A DNA stretch of 64,000 nt from a virus. Taxonomy: Duplodnaviria > Caudoviricetes. The position numbers and the translations under genes were made by a program. How positions within the stretch are numbered: the first letter of the stretch is position 1; each line of letters begins with the position of its first letter. The notes under the pieces are model-generated. The model had not been told where the DNA came from. It searched no databases and saw only the letters and a list, made by a program, of their open reading frames with translations. Shown one piece after another: positions 47,186 through 57,600 of this stretch. The stretch covers positions 1-64,000 of IMG/VR virus record IMGVR_UViG_2852743531_000003; one strand, 5' to 3'.

Positions 47186-48493
47186 ATGCCATCCGGCGCA
47201 CTGGCCAATCCAGGCTTCCTGACGGGTCCCGGAGACAACCTCGCGGCTGTCGACGTCTACAGCGGTACTGCAGCTGGCATCATCAACTCGATCCAGAGCC
47301 TTGCGGCAAAATACGACGTCAACCTGATCGGCATGCTGCGTGCAGGCGCCGCGGCTGCGCAGTTGCTACCGCTGGTGCAAGGCGTAGCCAACGGTCAGCT
47401 GCTCATGAACCCGCAGAACACGATCGCGCGCATTCTCACGGCGTCGAACACTCTTGTGCAGGCCGCTTCAGGCGGCACGCTCAGTGGCACCGTCAACAGC
47501 GCCTTTACTGCACTCTCCCCTTCGATCCAGAGCAGCATCGGAGCGTCGGCCCAGGTGGTCGGCAGCGTGCAGACGAGCGTGGGCGGCGTCATGAGCAGCA
47601 TCACGAACGGTGCGATCGGCGACATCCAGAGCCTGGGCAAGCTCATCAACAGTTTCTCCGGATCCTCGTCGTTCATGATGATCGACAACCAGGCGCTCGG
47701 CGGTGTCGCCGCAGGGGTCATCAACCAGTGTGCGAGTCTTGGCGTCAGCGGAGTCTTCCAGCCGCTCGTAAGCCAGATCACGAGTCCGACCGTACTGTCG
47801 GCGATCGTCAAACAGACGCTGCCCAGTCTCGTCCGCACGGGCGACCTCGCCAGTCTCCAGAGCCTCGTGGCGGTGGCGGGGGCCGCCGGTATTGCCGCAG
47901 TGAATCCCGGCGTGATCTCGCAGTTCGCGCAGACCTACGTCCGCACGGCATCGGGCAATGTCACCCAGGCTACGCCAGCGCTCGATTCGACGACGTACAC
48001 GCAGATGATGTCCGTCTTCGATACCGCCGCGCCCTCGTGGAACGTCTGCACACGCTCGACCCCTAGTGCGGACGACAATACCATCGACATCTCGTCGATC
48101 ATTGGCGGCACAGACAACTTCAACAGCGTGCTCGCAGCAGGCGTTGCCAGCAGCAGCGATCTCGGGGAACAGTTATACGGCCTCGCCGCGGCATGCCCCG
48201 TCACCAATGTCGATTTGCTGCTCAAGAACACGTACCCGGGCTCCTACATCGATCCGGCACTGCGCAGCACCGGAACGCCGGTCGATCCCTCACAGGCCGG
48301 CATTTCCGCCGGGGTCAACGCGGCGACGAGCACGACAGCCGTCCAGGTGACATCCGGCATCGCAGTCACTCAATCGCTTCCCAACGACCCGGTCTGTAGC
48401 CAGCCCAATGCGGGTACGATCGGTCTCCTCTCATCCAACTCAGCAACCCAGGTCACCATGACCAATACCCAGATCAACTGGCTCACTGGCTGA
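47186..48493 (+). CDS. Probable virion structural protein
   Basis: ATG after AGGAG. Ser/Thr/Ala/Gly-rich with N-terminal DNLAAVDVY. Convergent on the tail genes. Confidence 0.55.
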   Translation: MPSGALANPGFLTGPGDNLAAVDVYSGTAAGIINSIQSLAAKYDVNLIGMLRAGAAAAQLLPLVQGVANGQLLMNPQNTIARILTASNTLVQAASGGTLSGTVNSAFTALSPSIQSSIGASAQVVGSVQTSVGGVMSSITNGAIGDIQSLGKLINSFSGSSSFMMIDNQALGGVAAGVINQCASLGVSGVFQPLVSQITSPTVLSAIVKQTLPSLVRTGDLASLQSLVAVAGAAGIAAVNPGVISQFAQTYVRTASGNVTQATPALDSTTYTQMMSVFDTAAPSWNVCTRSTPSADDNTIDISSIIGGTDNFNSVLAAGVASSSDLGEQLYGLAAACPVTNVDLLLKNTYPGSYIDPALRSTGTPVDPSQAGISAGVNAATSTTAVQVTSGIAVTQSLPNDPVCSQPNAGTIGLLSSNSATQVTMTNTQINWLTG

Positions 48494-48786
48494 AACCGAT
48501 TCACCGGCCTGACAAGCGACAGGTCATGCACGTGCGGCCCTGCCGTCGGAACCAGCCTTCCTACTTGAGGTTGATGCGCCCAGAACCCCGGCGTGCGCTT
48601 GATGCGGCTGCTCTCCGAACCGCAGCAAGCGCATCAGACAGACGCAAGCCGGACTGCGTTGTTGCCGTCATGTGTTCCCTGATCAATTCTGTCTGGAAGC
48701 GACAGATGGTAGCAGAGAGGTACAATATTAGCCTTCACGGAGGCCGCCGGTCGAGCCGTCTAGTTGAGCGAACTGTCACATAAAAC

Positions 48787-50157
48787 ATGCTAATCGATCT
48801 AAAAAAATTCCCGAAGTATAAGAGAACTGACACAAGCGCCAAACTCGATACGTTGCGCCGACTGATCCAAGAAAATGTTTTGGCATCAAAGTATATGGAT
48901 GCCCCGGCCGCGCGCCGGCTTATTGGAACGGCAATCAACTCTTTTAAAGAATTGCTAATTAAGGACCAGCAGGGCGCTAATCCAAATACCGTGCCGGACG
49001 CGAAACTCGTGCTCGCGTTTTTGTTCGACCTGACCTGCAATGCCGAATATTTGCACGACCGGCTAACCAATGATCGATGGATTTACTGCGACGCTCATGT
49101 TGAAGGTGAATCGCGGCAGCATGAGGCGTATTTTTCATTCCTTAAACAATGCCCGGACTGCTGTCTTTCGATGGGTCTTGATGCTAGAATTGAAAAAGCA
49201 CAGCACAAACCGACCAGTCATCACATTGGGGAAATCACCTCTACCATAACGGTACTTCTACTGACGTTGCTTGCGAAGGCCACGGATGAAAATATTCAGC
49301 TCGCACCCATTGCGAAACAATCTCACGATGTGGACGCAGTTGTATTCAACGAAGATCTGTTGGTGCTCCTAGAGGTCAAGTCCTCACCTCTCGTGACTTT
49401 CCCGGTTGCCGCCAAGCTAGACGGATCGCTCACGAAGGAAGGCGAAGATGGACCGATTGAAGAAGCGCGACACGCTTTAGTGAACGTGGATTTTCGTAAG
49501 TATCCTTTGAGTCTATTTATTCCCCATCGTCAATTACATATTCCTCTGCCACACGTCGACGAAAAAGACTGGCCCTACGTTCCCCTCACCGACTGGATAA
49601 GTGTGCCGGAGAATTTTCTCGTGCTGTTTGAAGCATGGAAAGAGATATTCGAGGCTTACAGTGTTCCCAAAACCCAGCGTACCGGCTCACAGATATCACT
49701 TGGCTACATCGCTAATGGTTGGGGTGATGAGATCGACTCCAATAAAACGAAACCCGGTCTTGGGCGTACAGACGACGTTAAGAAAGGAACCTACCAGCTC
49801 ATCAAATACGGTGCCTACTATGCACTGCAAACGCCGGATCTGACAATTAAGTCGGCGCTCGTCGCCAATTTGGATCCCCTCTTTATGCATGCGGCCTACC
49901 TTGAGAAACTCCTCGATATTCGCTGGGGCAAAAATGTCGACTTTCGTGATCTGCCAGAATTCGAGGAGTTTGCTATCAAGCGGGACCGCCTTAAATGGCT
50001 CTATGAGGGGATACTAACTTTCAACAACCCTCATATCAATGACGAGACGCTGCGGAAATTATTTAATTTTGATCGACTAGGCGAGTCGTTGCGTTACGGT
50101 CGTTTAAACACATTAATTGAGGAATGGATGACCATTCCCGTAGGTGGAAAAAATTAA
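48787..50157 (+). CDS. Putative type II restriction endonuclease (PD-(D/E)xK) with Cys cluster
   Basis: HDVDAVV...LLEVKSS catalytic pattern and Cys residues WIYC...CPDCC. Lower GC. Two nt upstream of a DNA methyltransferase. Confidence 0.7.
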   Translation: MLIDLKKFPKYKRTDTSAKLDTLRRLIQENVLASKYMDAPAARRLIGTAINSFKELLIKDQQGANPNTVPDAKLVLAFLFDLTCNAEYLHDRLTNDRWIYCDAHVEGESRQHEAYFSFLKQCPDCCLSMGLDARIEKAQHKPTSHHIGEITSTITVLLLTLLAKATDENIQLAPIAKQSHDVDAVVFNEDLLVLLEVKSSPLVTFPVAAKLDGSLTKEGEDGPIEEARHALVNVDFRKYPLSLFIPHRQLHIPLPHVDEKDWPYVPLTDWISVPENFLVLFEAWKEIFEAYSVPKTQRTGSQISLGYIANGWGDEIDSNKTKPGLGRTDDVKKGTYQLIKYGAYYALQTPDLTIKSALVANLDPLFMHAAYLEKLLDIRWGKNVDFRDLPEFEEFAIKRDRLKWLYEGILTFNNPHINDETLRKLFNFDRLGESLRYGRLNTLIEEWMTIPVGGKN

Positions 50158-50159
50158 TT

Positions 50160-51944
50160 ATGCCTGTTCTTAATGCATTAGCAATTCTGCGGAGCAACGT
50201 TGAGCAAGAAACCGATTTTTCACTAGCGCTTGAGGAAGCCAAAGCTCTATGCGGCGACGATTGCAAACCCGTCAAGAATGCGGACGCTCTCAGGCGGTCT
50301 CTGCCTGCTGAGCTTCGTGTGGTTGCAGAGAACGCACTTCTTGCGAACAACTTAAGCGCAGTAGCGGTCCGCATTAACAACGTTACATCTGCAACTCTGG
50401 CCGCCTTCGCTCTACGGACTGCATTTTTTCAAGAAATTGCGTTTTGGAGCAGCACTACGACGCTCCCGCAGTTTCCGCATCTACCAGCGACCGAATTGCC
50501 CGGTGGTCGCGCTATGGTTACCCTGTCCCTGTATTATGTCCTGGAGATCGAAGGGGTCTCCGCGGTGCAAGGCGATCTGCTCCGAGGACGACTTGAGTGC
50601 CTGTATGAGATTTTGCTATCTGAGGTCACGAATCCCGTGCCGAAATCGCATCGAATTGGTGGTGCGAAGCGGACGACACTGACACTCACACACGATCTCC
50701 ACATCTATAAGGCGAAATTTTTCCCCCGAATGATTCGAGCGCTTCTAAATATTTATGCGCCGGAGCATGCCCGCGTGGTAGATCCTTTTTGCGGTAGCGG
50801 CACCGCATTGCTTGAAGCGAGCTTACTTGGGCTCGAGTCATACGGCATAGATTTCGACCCCATCTGCGAGCTCATCTCATCCTCGAAAGTCACGCCGTTT
50901 TTGAGTGCGACTGCGCTGAAGCAGGACCTTCATTTAGCACAAAAAGCGTTCGAAACGATAACGCCAACCGCTGACGATCATTCGGCGTTTCCCGAAGAGC
51001 TAGGAATAAAGCTTAAGAACCGCGATCGGAAATTCGGGACCCGCGAGTTCGAGGAAGTAACCAGCGATGCTGTGCTCTTGAGGGGGCTTTACCGCTCGAT
51101 CAAAAACGTGTTGTCGACGGCAATCGTACCGGTGCTCGCAAGCGATGCCCTTACGAAAAAAGTGCGCTACCGCTATGTGGGTATCGGCAACGGGGCTTAC
51201 ACCGTTGAGGTCCTTCGATTACGAGCAGTCGACCGTTTCCGCGAAAAGGCAATGCGCTGCGTCGAGCTATGTGATGTATTCGCCGAACTCTCAGGGATTT
51301 TGCCGTGGAAGCTGGGCAAGACCAGCGCACGAAGAGGGTCGGCCGGCGACTTCTCCACTTGGGGCTTGAAAAAGGCGGTAGACATAGTCATAACCAGCCC
51401 ACCGTATTTGCCAGCGTCTTCTGGACGTGAACACTATACGTCGTCACGTGCGCTGTCCTTTTTTGCAGTCGACGCCCCAGCGATGGCTTCGAAGGCGCCT
51501 CCCTCTTCAACGGAATGTCCCAGCGAAGAATGGTTCGATGCGCCCGAGATTGCCGCCTTAATCCAGTACCTAGGTGCCGATCAAGGAATTGGGAATCTGC
51601 AGACTGATGCAATGCGCTCGATCTGGAAGCTCAAGCCCACTATCGAGTATCTGCACCTGATCAAAGATTTTTTCTCGGCGGCGAAGACCGCCCTTAAAGG
51701 AGATGGCCTGTTGCTGTTAGTTGTTGCGACGCAGCACGTCTTCTACTCTCACAAAAGAAAAGAGATTGAGCACGTGGTGAATTGCGGCCAACTCTACTCG
51801 GCACTGGCGATTTCATCTGGATTTAGACTGGAGCGCGAAATCAAACTCCAACTTACGAAACACGCAGCAAGTATGGCTCGGCCTCAGGCAAAGGACGAAT
51901 ACTTCGAAAGCGTGCTGGTGTTCAGACAACAGTCGTTACAGTGA
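50160..51944 (+). CDS. Amino-DNA methyltransferase, probably N4-cytosine, motif I before motif IV
   Basis: THDLHIYKAKFFP (motif X), VVDPFCGSGT (motif I), ITSPPY (motif IV), with a long intervening target-recognition region. Confidence 0.88.
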   Translation: MPVLNALAILRSNVEQETDFSLALEEAKALCGDDCKPVKNADALRRSLPAELRVVAENALLANNLSAVAVRINNVTSATLAAFALRTAFFQEIAFWSSTTTLPQFPHLPATELPGGRAMVTLSLYYVLEIEGVSAVQGDLLRGRLECLYEILLSEVTNPVPKSHRIGGAKRTTLTLTHDLHIYKAKFFPRMIRALLNIYAPEHARVVDPFCGSGTALLEASLLGLESYGIDFDPICELISSSKVTPFLSATALKQDLHLAQKAFETITPTADDHSAFPEELGIKLKNRDRKFGTREFEEVTSDAVLLRGLYRSIKNVLSTAIVPVLASDALTKKVRYRYVGIGNGAYTVEVLRLRAVDRFREKAMRCVELCDVFAELSGILPWKLGKTSARRGSAGDFSTWGLKKAVDIVITSPPYLPASSGREHYTSSRALSFFAVDAPAMASKAPPSSTECPSEEWFDAPEIAALIQYLGADQGIGNLQTDAMRSIWKLKPTIEYLHLIKDFFSAAKTALKGDGLLLLVVATQHVFYSHKRKEIEHVVNCGQLYSALAISSGFRLEREIKLQLTKHAASMARPQAKDEYFESVLVFRQQSLQ

Positions 51945-52261
51945 GCGAAGAACATGCGATACAGGAGCAGAATCGTGCCCGGGTCGGGTACGTAGCGCCC
52001 CCAGCGACGCTGTGGCTCGCGTCTGCGCTGGGCGCGCCCGCGCTGCTCAGCATTCACCACTACATTTCCTCCTTCGAAGCGCTCTGGTAAGCGAACACGC
52101 CTTTCGAGCCCGGATGGCGGATTTTGTTTTTCCCTGTTCAGAAGCCGGACCTGGTTGGTATTCGGAGAGTTGCGGCCGGACCAATAGGTCCGTCGCAACG
52201 ACTCTGATGCCCTACCATTGGGGGCTATGTGTTTTTCTTTTTTCCGTAGGGAATGCTCTTT

Positions 52262-54532
52262 TCAGATATTCGAATCAATACCCTTGAAAAATCCCGAGAT
52301 CAAACGCGCCGGCATCAGGTCTCCCGCGAAGCTCGCCCAGTGCGCGGGTGAAAGCCAGGACTTCCACTGCGCCATCTGCATCGTCAGATTGAGTTTCAGC
52401 TTTCTGAAAACATAGATCTGGTCCGCAAGACCAAGACCACCCAGCACGGCCATATAGTCGGTGAAGGGATTGTCGCCATCGAAGATATTGTCGAGTGACG
52501 TTGCAACGTTCGATACCGTGTCCACCACGGTTCCAAGCGCCGCTCCCGCGGCCGAGACTGCGGCTGCCACCGGCAGCGCCGCGGCAGCCGCACCCGCCCC
52601 ACCCGCGACCGCCCCCACCGGACCCGCGATAGCACCACCTCCCACGGCACCGGCAACCGCAGCCGCGCCTTCTGTCACGGCGAACCCGAGACTCGCCCCC
52701 GTCTGCGCGGCCGCCGTGCTCAAGCCCTGGCTGATCGGCAGATACACCAGCGACGAAAGATCGGCAACCGTAAACGTTACGTCGATCGCCAGTGCCCGCC
52801 CATCGTTATTGAATCCGAGATTGCCCGTGCCTCGTGTCACGGAGAGACTGTCGATGATGCCGAGCCGTATCTGGCAGCGACCACGGTCGTACAGTTCGCA
52901 GATGAATGGTGCCGTATAGGACTGCCGGCCGGTGGCAAGTGGCAACGCGCCTGCGATCAGCATCGCGAGCGGGATGTAGAGGTTGATGAGCTGCGAGACC
53001 GGATTGCCGTAGGGGCTTACGAGGTTGACGGTATAGCTCGTGCGGGCGAGTGATGCCGAGGCCGACTGCCAGTGCCGCGGGATATCGACGAAGGCCGAGC
53101 CGCCCAGCGCGGCCAGGCCCGATAGCCCCATGCCGCCGGCGATACCGGACGCAAAGTCGAGTGCATCGTTCACCGCACTGCCGACGAGTCCCAGCACGCC
53201 ACCACTCGCGAGATTGCCACCAGCCGCATCGAAGCGCGTCGTGCGTGCCTGGCTCGACATGCTGTTGATCTTGTTTGCGATCTCGGAATCCGCCGTCTGG
53301 TTCTGGAATGAATCCGTGACCGCCCCGGTCGCGTTCACGCGGAAACTGACGAACGATCCGCCATCGTTGAGCTCCGCGTTCAGGAAATCGAAAAACCCGG
53401 CGTTCTCGCTCTGGGACTGTGAAAAGTTCTCCGTGACCGAATCCAGCGTCGCGTTATCCTGCGTCTGGGTAACGGCTGTTGACGCGCCTGATGTGTCGGC
53501 GCTGGTTGTGCCGGTGGAGTCTGCTGGCGCGCTCGTGCCTGGCGCACTGTCATCGCCGCCGCCGGCCGGCTTCACCTGCGCATTGGCGACCGTGCCAAAC
53601 CACTGCGAGATATAGTCGCTGAATGAGCGTGCGCCGGTATCGGCGAGCTTGTTGCCAGGACTGAAGAGGTTCTGGATGACCGAGGCGAGATTCTGGCTCG
53701 TAAGCGCACCGGTATCCATCGCAGCCTGATACATCGCAATCTGCTTCGCCTCCAGCCGCCGTGCACGCGTCGACATCTTGTAGACGTCGATTCCGCCTCC
53801 ATTGAAAAAGATGTCCGGCCACGCCGCCTGCATTTGTGCAATACCTGCTGCATCAAACTGGTACTGATCGCCAAGCCCCGGAATGTTCGTCACGTCCGCG
53901 CCAACCACCGCGTCGCCGGCGCGCGGAATGACCCCGAGGTTCACGGCAATCTGGTTGACGATCGTCTGCACGATCTGCCAGTACACAGGCATCGTGCGCT
54001 TCAGGTAATAGAACTTCGAGGAGGGCTTGTTCATGAGGAAATTCAGGCCCACGCCGGCCAGATGAAACGCGAGCAGCCTCCAGCTCATGAGCGACACGAC
54101 GAACCCGGCTGCCTTGCCCAGCGTGTAGAAGAAGGTCGTGCCGCGCCCGGTTCTTGCGAGCACTCCTGCTCCACTGTTATAAAAGCTCGTAAAGAACTGC
54201 GTGAGTGAATTGAACTGGGGCACGCCAAAGCTCATGTGGATGACCTGGGCGTTGTCGTCGATCGCCTCGCTGTAGTAGATGCCAAGACCGTTGCTGCCAT
54301 TCAGTCGCGAAGGTGCCTTGGGATCGGCATGACGCGTGAATTGCGGCGGTGGATTGATGGCGATGTTGCCGCCCGGGCGCGTGTCGACATACTTGAGCGC
54401 CGCGCTCGTGAAAAAACGGTTCGAGGCATCGGGGCTGCCCGTTGCAAAACTGGATGAAGGCACGAGAAACGACTGCCTCACCCAGCTGACGTCACTGCCC
54501 TGGGTATCGAGTGTGTTGAGATTGGATATCAT
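52262..54532 (-). CDS. Virion structural (tail/baseplate) protein, phiKZ gp182-like
   Basis: INPPPQFTRHADP, YYSEAIDD, FGVPQFNSL, SPYGN, SYTAPF and GIIDSLSVTRG motifs. Directly follows the gp181-like gene. Confidence 0.75.
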   Translation of the reverse strand: MISNLNTLDTQGSDVSWVRQSFLVPSSSFATGSPDASNRFFTSAALKYVDTRPGGNIAINPPPQFTRHADPKAPSRLNGSNGLGIYYSEAIDDNAQVIHMSFGVPQFNSLTQFFTSFYNSGAGVLARTGRGTTFFYTLGKAAGFVVSLMSWRLLAFHLAGVGLNFLMNKPSSKFYYLKRTMPVYWQIVQTIVNQIAVNLGVIPRAGDAVVGADVTNIPGLGDQYQFDAAGIAQMQAAWPDIFFNGGGIDVYKMSTRARRLEAKQIAMYQAAMDTGALTSQNLASVIQNLFSPGNKLADTGARSFSDYISQWFGTVANAQVKPAGGGDDSAPGTSAPADSTGTTSADTSGASTAVTQTQDNATLDSVTENFSQSQSENAGFFDFLNAELNDGGSFVSFRVNATGAVTDSFQNQTADSEIANKINSMSSQARTTRFDAAGGNLASGGVLGLVGSAVNDALDFASGIAGGMGLSGLAALGGSAFVDIPRHWQSASASLARTSYTVNLVSPYGNPVSQLINLYIPLAMLIAGALPLATGRQSYTAPFICELYDRGRCQIRLGIIDSLSVTRGTGNLGFNNDGRALAIDVTFTVADLSSLVYLPISQGLSTAAAQTGASLGFAVTEGAAAVAGAVGGGAIAGPVGAVAGGAGAAAAALPVAAAVSAAGAALGTVVDTVSNVATSLDNIFDGDNPFTDYMAVLGGLGLADQIYVFRKLKLNLTMQMAQWKSWLSPAHWASFAGDLMPARLISGFFKGIDSNI

Positions 54533-54604
54533 GGAGGAGTCCTATGTTTCATGATGTGCCCGGAGGAGTGGCATGCTTCCCCGGGCGGCCGTCAGACCAT
54601 GCCG

Positions 54605-57600
54605 TCAGGCCATCTTCGCCATGGAGACGGGAGCCGTTGGCATCGGTCGCGACGTTGAAGGCAGCGACTGGACCGTGCTGGCTGCCGCCGCATTGGCACC
54701 CGCCGCCAGGTTTCCGGCACCGGAGCGCGCACCCTGCTTCACCGCCTGCTGCATCAGGTCGTACATGGCCTTCAGAACGTCCAGTGCCTGTTCGTGAACC
54801 TTGAGCGACCTGTCCAGCGTTTCTCCCACCCCACCCAGCGCGTCCATGTGCTCGTCATGCTGGGCCTGCTGGATCGTCATGAGGGATTTCGGGCCCTGGT
54901 CGATCAGCTTGACGGACCCCGGCCCGAAACCAAACTGCGCGAACGGCGCGGCTGGCGAACCGCCCGCGAAGGGGATTTTCGAGGGCACATTGCTGATCGC
55001 CCCAGCCAACCTGGTCCGCGCAACCGAGGCGTCAGCCAGGGTCACCGCCGCGGCAACTGCTGGCTGCCTGGGTACGACGCTCAGAGGGTCACCCTGCGAG
55101 GTGTTCGTTACCGGGATCATGGCCCCCGCCGTCGCGGATTTCGACGCGGTGGCTGGACCAGCAGCGGAAGCGGCGGTGGCACTTCCCGCACCGCCGACTC
55201 CAGTCATGCCCGGCGTTGTTGGGGCGATTGCCGCCGCGCCCGTCGCAGGACTGGGCGCTTTCGCAGATGCCGGCGAAGCCGGTTTCGCCGGTCCGGCGTC
55301 CGCCGGAGCGTTAGTTGCATTTGCACCTACCCCCGAGGCACCCGGCGCCGGCGCCTTGATGGCGGTGTCCGCAACGCCCGCGCCCTTGCCGGTTTTAACT
55401 GGCGCGGATGCAACGTCAACCGCGCCTGTCGTCACCCCTGTCTGCTTCAGGCCGAGCTGGACCCGCCGGCCGATCTCCGCATAGACCCCGGCCACCGAGC
55501 GATGGGAACCATCCCTGTTGAAGAAGATCGACCGATTCGCGGCCGCGGGCCCTGGCATGAGCGCTACAGCGTCCGTGCCGGGATCGGCCTTGAGAAGCTG
55601 CTTCGCACCACCGGGACCCAGAAAGTGCGCGAGATAGACATCCGTCGGTGTGATGGTAGCCTTCACGCCCTTGAGCGCCGCGACGTTTTCCTTGATGAAC
55701 TCGGCACCCATGAGGGCGCTCGCGCGCGGATCGGTCTGTGGCGTGTTGGGCGGAATGTCGTACTTCGACCCGTACTTCCTGAGCATCGTCTGCCAGGTGC
55801 TGTTGATGAACTGGAACAGACCCGACGCGCTGCTCGTGCCCGCCTTCGCGGACGGATTGAACGCGGACTCGATCGCACCGATCGCTGCGAGCAGGATCGG
55901 ATCGACGCCCACCATCGACGCGGCCTTGCCGATCAGATCCTTGACGGCGCTCCAGCCGCGGCCGATCGGCAGCGGCAACTGGCCAATCCTGCCGCCCAGT
56001 GCCTGCAAGCCCGTGCGGATCGCACCGCCTGCAGCACCCGCCACACCGGCTACGGTTTCCTTCACGCCGGAAACAACCTTCCCCGCCATAGTTCCAACCG
56101 CGGTGCCCGCGCGCTTCGCGACATCCCATGCCCTGCTGGCACCACCTGCGGCAGCACTCTCCACCCCCGAGATCAGGTTGCCCGCCACATCCTTGACGCT
56201 GTCCCACATGCCAGCCATGAGGCTCCCAACCGTTCCCACGCCCGACTGGATCCTGTCGGTCAGCAGGTCGGTCCAGCCCTTGCCCTGATCCCTGGCTGGT
56301 GTCGACGCGGGTGTTACGTCCCGTGCCGTTTGCAATCGCTGCGCGGCGTCGGCTTTCTTCTTCTGGTCGGCTGCTGCCTTGCCCGCTTCGGTTGCAACAC
56401 TACTTGCGGCCGCGGCACCCACCTTCAGCGCGGCCGCCTTTCCCGTCGAAGGTTGATCCGCGCGCATGCTGTCGATCGCAGCCTGCGCGGCGGCAACGTA
56501 GGTGGCCACCTCCTTTGGCCCCGCATCGAGCGTCAGGCTACGGTGAAGCGTGAGAATCGATCCATGAAATGGCGAGCGCATTTCCTTGTATGGACCAGTG
56601 GGCCACGAAACCGCCTTCAGATATTGCTGCCGGTCCTCCTTCCTGCGCAGCCGCTCGTCGACCTCAGGAAGACTGATGTTCTGCCCCATCGATTTCAGAA
56701 CCGTCAGGTGCGTGCAGAAAACCGGCTTGAAACGACGCAGATACCAGGTCGCGAAGTTCGCCACTTCGCCCCTGTTGGCCGGGTCGATGTCAAACGGAGC
56801 GACGATCTCTCTGAAATTGATGGATTTGCCACTGACGTCCGCGCGGCCGTTCCGGTAGTACACACCCTTCATCAGGGTGTCCTCGAGAGTAAGGATTGCC
56901 TTGACGCTGTCGTGGTCATCGGGCAGGAAGCCATACTGGGCGATGCGCACACTGGCGAGCGCCCCAGGCTTCTTCTCGAGCAGTCGCCTGATACCGCGAT
57001 ATGCCAGATAGCCCGCCCCCGCGACGGCAGCAGCACCGAGCACCACGGGCAGAGACAGAAAGCTGCCCACCGCGGCAAGCCCACCACCAATCACTTCGCC
57101 CGCAGTGGCGAGTCCTCCTGCCAATCCTCCCATCCCGGCAAGCGATCCACCCAGGCCGAGTGTCCCGGTCGCGCCGGCGGCGGCAAGACCTTCGCCGGCA
57201 AGCGCCTCGGCGCCCCCCGTCAGTGCGGTGCGCCCCAGCACGCTCCCAATGCCCCGGCCCAGCAGCTTCCTGCCACCACCAGCGAGCGCTCCCAGACCAC
57301 GCCCCGCCCGCTTCACACCCTTCATCGCTCCCTTTAGCAGCCTGCCGCCTCCCCATCTGCCAAGCTTGCGTTCCAGCCAGTTTTGCGCGTCGCCCATCAG
57401 ACCGCTGCCGTCCTTCCCATCCTCACCTTCACCATCGCGCTTGCCGCGCCCCCTGAGCCGGCCAAGCAGGCTGCCGAGCCCGGCAAGGAGCCCCTTGCTG
57501 CCGCCTGCCTCTCCGGTCGCAGCGCCACCGGGCTTTTCCCTGTCAGCAAGACGGCGTTTACGCTCGAGGTCTTCCCATGAGTTGGTGATAACGCCGGTGC

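Larger units (their letters stand above)
48494..52261 (+). mobile_element. Horizontally acquired lower-GC restriction-modification cassette
   Basis: Abrupt rise in A/T-ending codons, inserted between two convergent virion genes. No integrase, transposase or clear terminal repeats seen. Confidence 0.6.

Noticed and set aside
48526-48783. 85-aa ORF as a possible R-M controller (C) protein
   Set aside because: No HTH pattern or RBS, and it overlaps the hairpin-rich leader.
45622-52150. AAGCCGGAC recurring in three intergenic gaps (about 45623, 48646, 52142) as possible att sites or target duplication of the R-M cassette
   Set aside because: Only 9 nt, GC-rich, and one copy lies outside the cassette, so it is compatible with chance.
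54794-57337. 847-aa plus-strand ORF and other long antisense ORFs (e.g. 36146..37840, 39909..41444, 27208..28833, 25771..27081)
   Set aside because: Shadow ORFs opposite well-supported genes. They are expected from GC-rich codon bias and have no motifs.
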